Source: Fibrobacteria bacterium (GTDB lineage Bacteria > Fibrobacterota > Fibrobacteria > UBA11236). Taken from it: a stretch of DNA of 51,015 nt. The stretch spans positions 1 through 51,015 of the forward strand of contig JBGTHM010000035.1 of NCBI GenBank assembly GCA_041746255.1, in the 5' to 3' direction. The notes beneath the pieces are model-generated. The model did no database searches and was not told the origin of the DNA. It saw only the letters and a list, made by a program, of their open reading frames with translations. A program made the translations under genes and the position numbers. Of this stretch, positions 47,147-51,015 are shown one piece after another (the stretch's first letter is position 1; every line of letters begins with the position of its first letter).

Positions 47147-48073
47147 GTGAAAATTCTATCCGACATGACCGAGCGCGTGGGCCATACGCCCCTGCTCAAA
47201 CTCAACAAGCTGGTTCCGAACCCCGACTCCCTCTTTTTGGTCAAGCTGGAAAGCGATAACCCCGGCGGCTCGGTAAAGGATCGCATCGCCCTCAACATGG
47301 TTGAAGACGCCGAGCGTTCGGGAAAACTTAGGGCCGGCATGACCATCATTGAACCCACCAGCGGCAATACCGGTATCGCCTTGGCTTGGATTGCCGCCGT
47401 AAAGGGCTATCGCTCCATTTTGGTGATGCCCGAATCGATGAGCGAGGAGCGGCGCAATCTGCTCAAGGCCTACGGCGCCGAGCTCATTCTCACCCCGGCC
47501 GCCTTCGGTATGACCGGAGCCATTGAAAAAGCCATGGAAATCGTCGCCAATCGCGGAGACTGTTTCATGCCCCAGCAATTCGACAATCCCGCCAACCCCG
47601 ATATCCATCGACGTACCACGGCGCAGGAAATCTGGCATGATACCGAAGGCGGTGTCGACGTGTTGGTGGTCGGCGTGGGAACCGGAGGCACCATTACGGG
47701 AGTGGGTGAAATTTTGAAGGCCCGCAAACCCGGAATCAAAATCATCGCGGTGGAGCCCGAGTCGTCCAACGTGCTCAGCGGAGGCAAGCCGGGCCGCCAC
47801 GAAATCCAGGGCATCGGCGCGGGTTTCATTCCGCGCGTGCTGAATACGTCGGTGTACGACGAAGTGTTGACCGTCTCCAGCGAAGACGCCATGGATATGG
47901 CGCGACGCCTGGCGCGTGAAGAAGGCATTTTAGCGGGTGTTTCGGCCGGAGCCAACGTAAAGGCCATGATGACTCTAGGCGCACGCCCCGAATTACATGG
48001 CAAAACTTTCGTGACCTTCATTTGCGATACGGGCGAGCGTTATCTTTCCACGCCGCTGTATCAAACCCGCTAA
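47147..48073 (+). CDS. cysK: Cysteine synthase A (O-acetylserine sulfhydrylase)
   Basis: NPGGSVKDR, EPTSGNTG, QQFDNPAN, GVGTGGT, HEIQGIG and DTGERYLS. Confidence 0.96.
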   Translation: MKILSDMTERVGHTPLLKLNKLVPNPDSLFLVKLESDNPGGSVKDRIALNMVEDAERSGKLRAGMTIIEPTSGNTGIALAWIAAVKGYRSILVMPESMSEERRNLLKAYGAELILTPAAFGMTGAIEKAMEIVANRGDCFMPQQFDNPANPDIHRRTTAQEIWHDTEGGVDVLVVGVGTGGTITGVGEILKARKPGIKIIAVEPESSNVLSGGKPGRHEIQGIGAGFIPRVLNTSVYDEVLTVSSEDAMDMARRLAREEGILAGVSAGANVKAMMTLGARPELHGKTFVTFICDTGERYLSTPLYQTR

Positions 48074-48078
48074 GCCCC

Positions 48079-48891
48079 ATGCCGTTATTGAACGAGAGTC
48101 AATTGCGGAGATACAAGCGGCACCTGATGCTTCAGGGAGTCGGCTTCAAAGGGCAGATGAAGCTGATCCAATCCCGGGTCCTTTGCATCGGAGCCGGCGG
48201 GCTCGGTTCCCCCGCGCTCTATTATCTGGCCGCCGCGGGCGTGGGCACACTCGGTATCGTTGAAGGCGATACGGTGGACGACACCAATCTCCAGCGGCAA
48301 ATCCTGCATTTCACCGAAGACGTGGGCCGCCCTAAAATCGATTCGGCGCGGGAGAAAATCGCGCGCCTCAATCCCGACGTGAAGGTGGTGGAGCATCGGG
48401 AATTTCTGGGCGCGCACAATGCTTTGACGCTTTTTAACCAATACGATTTCATCCTGGACGGCAGCGACAACTTTCCCACCAAGTTCCTGGTGAACGACGC
48501 TTGCGTGCTTTCGGGCAAAGCCTTTTCGCATGCGGGGATGCTGCGCTTCGAAGGACAGGTGATGACGGTGGTTCCGGGCCAAAGCCGGTGCTACCGCTGC
48601 CTGTTTCGCGAGCCGCCTCCGGCCCATGCGGTGCCCAATTGCGCGGAAGCGGGGGTGTTGGGCGTGGTGGCGGGGACCATGGGTACCTTGCAGGCTACGG
48701 AGGCCATCAAGTATTTGCTGGGCGTGGGAGAATTGCTGACGGATAGGCTGCTTATCTATGACGCGCTTTCGTTGCGGTTCCGGGAGATTCCGGGGAGGCG
48801 GGATCCGGAGTGTCCGGTTTGCGGGGATAATCCTTCGATTACTGCTTTGACGGAGATTGCGGTGCCTGGATGCGGGGTTTCGGAGGAGTGA
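48079..48891 (+). CDS. MoeB/ThiF/HesA-family sulfur-carrier adenylyltransferase
   Basis: RYKRH, GAGGLGSP, TNLQRQ, DGSDNF, CYRC, NCAEAGVLG and CPVC; no rhodanese domain. Confidence 0.9.
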   Translation: MPLLNESQLRRYKRHLMLQGVGFKGQMKLIQSRVLCIGAGGLGSPALYYLAAAGVGTLGIVEGDTVDDTNLQRQILHFTEDVGRPKIDSAREKIARLNPDVKVVEHREFLGAHNALTLFNQYDFILDGSDNFPTKFLVNDACVLSGKAFSHAGMLRFEGQVMTVVPGQSRCYRCLFREPPPAHAVPNCAEAGVLGVVAGTMGTLQATEAIKYLLGVGELLTDRLLIYDALSLRFREIPGRRDPECPVCGDNPSITALTEIAVPGCGVSEE

Positions 48892-49146
48892 ATTATTGGT
48901 ACTTGGACCAGCGCTGCGGGTCGGCGGCTTGCCGTAGTTCCAGTTGTTGTGGCTCCAATTGTCGGAGTTCCCAGAGGCCCAATAGTTAGGGCATCAATGA
49001 TTACGGGCCTCATAAGTATGAACTGAACCGTGTCGGAGAAATCCCTCCCCCTCCGGGCGCCCCCAACCAAATCCTTTCTCTTCGCCTATTAGGTCGTCCA
49101 TTCGGCCACACTGAATTCCCGCCCACGGGACAGCCCACTCACAACC

Positions 49147-49875
49147 TCAGAAAAACAACAAGTGCGCCGAAGTCAATAAAAGCAAGGCGTAAACCAGGTA
49201 GTCGAATTTCTTTTGCGGAAGCGCACGGTTGATAAGCCAACCCGCCGCCACGCCCAGCGGAATGGCCGGAAGAAAAAACAGGTCTTGCTTGAGGGTGCTC
49301 CAATCGATGAGACCCGCATAAACATACGGCGGAGCCTTCAAAAGGTTATTCACCGTGAAAAAGAGCGCCATCGAAGCGACAAACACCTCCTTGGTCGGCT
49401 TTTGCGCCAACAAATAAATCGCCATAATCGGACCTGCGCCGTGGGAAATGGTGGAAGAAAAGCCGGCGAAAGCGCCGGTAAAAACGCCTTCCCACCACGA
49501 TGGATGGTATTTAGTTCCCGGTCTCCATAAATTGCGGAAAATGAGCAACGAAACCATCAATAAGCCGGTGGCGCCGATGGAAACTTTCAGGAACCGATCC
49601 GAAATGGTGGTGACGAAGGCCATGCCGACGGCAATCCCTAACACTACGCCCGCCAAGGGGAAGCGCACCAAACTGAAATTCCATTTTTTCCAGTAAGCGC
49701 CCAAGGTCATGAAATCGGCGACTATCAACAGTGGGAGAACTACGCCGATGGCAATTTTCGCCGGTATGGCGGTGGCCAATAGGGGCGTGGTGAGCATGCT
49801 GATGCCTGCGGCGAAACCCGCTTTCGAAAGGCCGATGATAAAGGCTCCCAATAAAGGGAAAAAGGAATACTCCAC
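49147..49875 (-). CDS. TSUP (TauE/SafE) family sulfur-compound transporter
   Basis: GTG start VEYSFF; GLSKAGFAAG, AGFSSTISHGAGP; about 8 TM. Confidence 0.85.
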   Translation of the reverse strand: MEYSFFPLLGAFIIGLSKAGFAAGISMLTTPLLATAIPAKIAIGVVLPLLIVADFMTLGAYWKKWNFSLVRFPLAGVVLGIAVGMAFVTTISDRFLKVSIGATGLLMVSLLIFRNLWRPGTKYHPSWWEGVFTGAFAGFSSTISHGAGPIMAIYLLAQKPTKEVFVASMALFFTVNNLLKAPPYVYAGLIDWSTLKQDLFFLPAIPLGVAAGWLINRALPQKKFDYLVYALLLLTSAHLLFF

Positions 49876-49876
49876 T

Positions 49877-50431
49877 TTACCGGCGCGCCACGATTTGGGA
49901 ACGCACCTTTTCAGCCGCCTCGAAGCCAAGCAACTTCGCCACCAATCCCAGGGCGAACTCCTCCGCCGTTCCCGCACCGCGCGAGGTCAGCAATTCCCCA
50001 TCCAGGACCACGCGCTCTTCGGAATAAGTTTCCGCCTCAGCTTCCACCTCTTCGCGGGAACCGGGAAAACTGGTGGCGCGCCTTCCCTTAAGGAGACCGG
50101 CCGCGCCCAGAATGGTGGGTGCGGCGCAAATGGCCGCTACGGTCTTTCCTCCTTCCATATAGGCGCGAGCCAGGGCGCGGATGTCGTCGCGCACCTTCAA
50201 GGCGCCCGTTCCGGGACCGCCGGGCAGAATGAGTGCGTCGCAGGGGTAACCCACTCCATCGGAAAGCAATACGTCGGCCAGGATAGGAATTCCGCGGCCA
50301 CCGGTGACAAGCCGGTCTTTTTCCACCGAAACCGTCACCACCTCGATTCCGGCGCGGCGCAGGATATCGATAGGCGTTACGGCCTCAATTTCCTCGAAGC
50401 CATGGCCCAGCAGAATCAACGCTTTCATCAT
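49877..50431 (-). CDS. DJ-1/PfpI (YajL/ThiJ) family protein
   Basis: GFEEIEA, ILPGG, AAICAAP and TSRGAGTA. Confidence 0.93.
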   Translation of the reverse strand: MMKALILLGHGFEEIEAVTPIDILRRAGIEVVTVSVEKDRLVTGGRGIPILADVLLSDGVGYPCDALILPGGPGTGALKVRDDIRALARAYMEGGKTVAAICAAPTILGAAGLLKGRRATSFPGSREEVEAEAETYSEERVVLDGELLTSRGAGTAEEFALGLVAKLLGFEAAEKVRSQIVARR

Positions 50432-50533
50432 GGTTTTTTATATTGCTTTCTTGCGCTGAAATTTCGCGGACGGCTTTTCCGACGCCCGTTGGGAGACCCC
50501 CTCCTGAGAAAAATAAACTGAGGACCCTCCATC

Positions 50534-51015
50534 GTGCAATCCAACGATAAAATCATTCGGGGAACCGGAGAAGTAGCCGAATTACGCTTCGTGATGGTGG
50601 ACGCCACCGCCACGGCCAATTCCATTGCCGACAAGCACGGCGCCAAGGCCTATACCCGCATCATGCTCGGAGAAGCGGTGGTTTCGGGCTTGATGCTGGC
50701 TTCCCGGATTAAAGGCAATGGAACCCTGCAATCGCAGTTCCGCTTTTCCGGAGAAATTTCGATGGTACGCGCGGATGCGACTCCGTTAGGCCTGGTCCGA
50801 GCCATGATACCCCTTGACGAAGTGCAAAAGGCGGGAGAATTCGAACCGCTGCTGCTTCCCCACCTCATTTCTGTACGCAGGGTGGATGAAAAGGGCGCCA
50901 CCGTATCCGAAGGCATTGTCGAAATGCCGGAGTTGAAAATCGGCGCTGCCACCGCCTACTACCTGCAACAATCCGAACAAGTAAAAGCTTTTGTGGATAT
51001 CCACACCGCTGTAAG
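50534..51015 (+). CDS. hslO: Hsp33 redox-regulated chaperone (3'-truncated by the window; absent from the ORF track)
   Basis: Manual translation: MQSNDKIIRG...DKHG...MLGEAVVSGLMLASRIK...FSGEISMVRADA..GLVRAM...EGIVEM...YYLQQSEQ; RBS GAGGA. Confidence 0.85.
   Translation, partial: MQSNDKIIRGTGEVAELRFVMVDATATANSIADKHGAKAYTRIMLGEAVVSGLMLASRIKGNGTLQSQFRFSGEISMVRADATPLGLVRAMIPLDEVQKAGEFEPLLLPHLISVRRVDEKGATVSEGIVEMPELKIGAATAYYLQQSEQVKAFVDIHTAV

Overview
Bacterial chromosomal window, most consistent with Fibrobacterota (inferred from fibro-slime proteins and FCB-type C-terminal domains on secreted proteins; not verified by search). Housekeeping genes include pgl, DAHP synthase, htpG, pyrE, aconitase, a NfuA-like protein, pyrD, gdh, murI, argF, ispE-tRNA-Gln-rplY-pth, mutL, a rrf2-cysH-cysK-moeB sulfur operon, a DJ-1 family gene and a partial hslO. 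Accessory DNA sits between them. The left 7 kb holds secreted proteins, including a fibro-slime gene and its disrupted tandem paralog. A GH9 cellulase follows, then a ~6.5 kb three-gene cassette of secreted putative glycan-active proteins bounded by a degenerate direct repeat of the pyrE 3' end. A Phd/VapC toxin-antitoxin pair is followed by a 179-bp MITE that duplicated the toxin stop codon. The best candidate for an uncharacterised system is a tight four-gene operon (36902-38681): a single-domain KaiC/RAD55-like ATPase, two paralogous small ~3-TM proteins and a stand-alone receiver, with no histidine kinase. No CRISPR array, rRNA, integrase or transposase was recognised.
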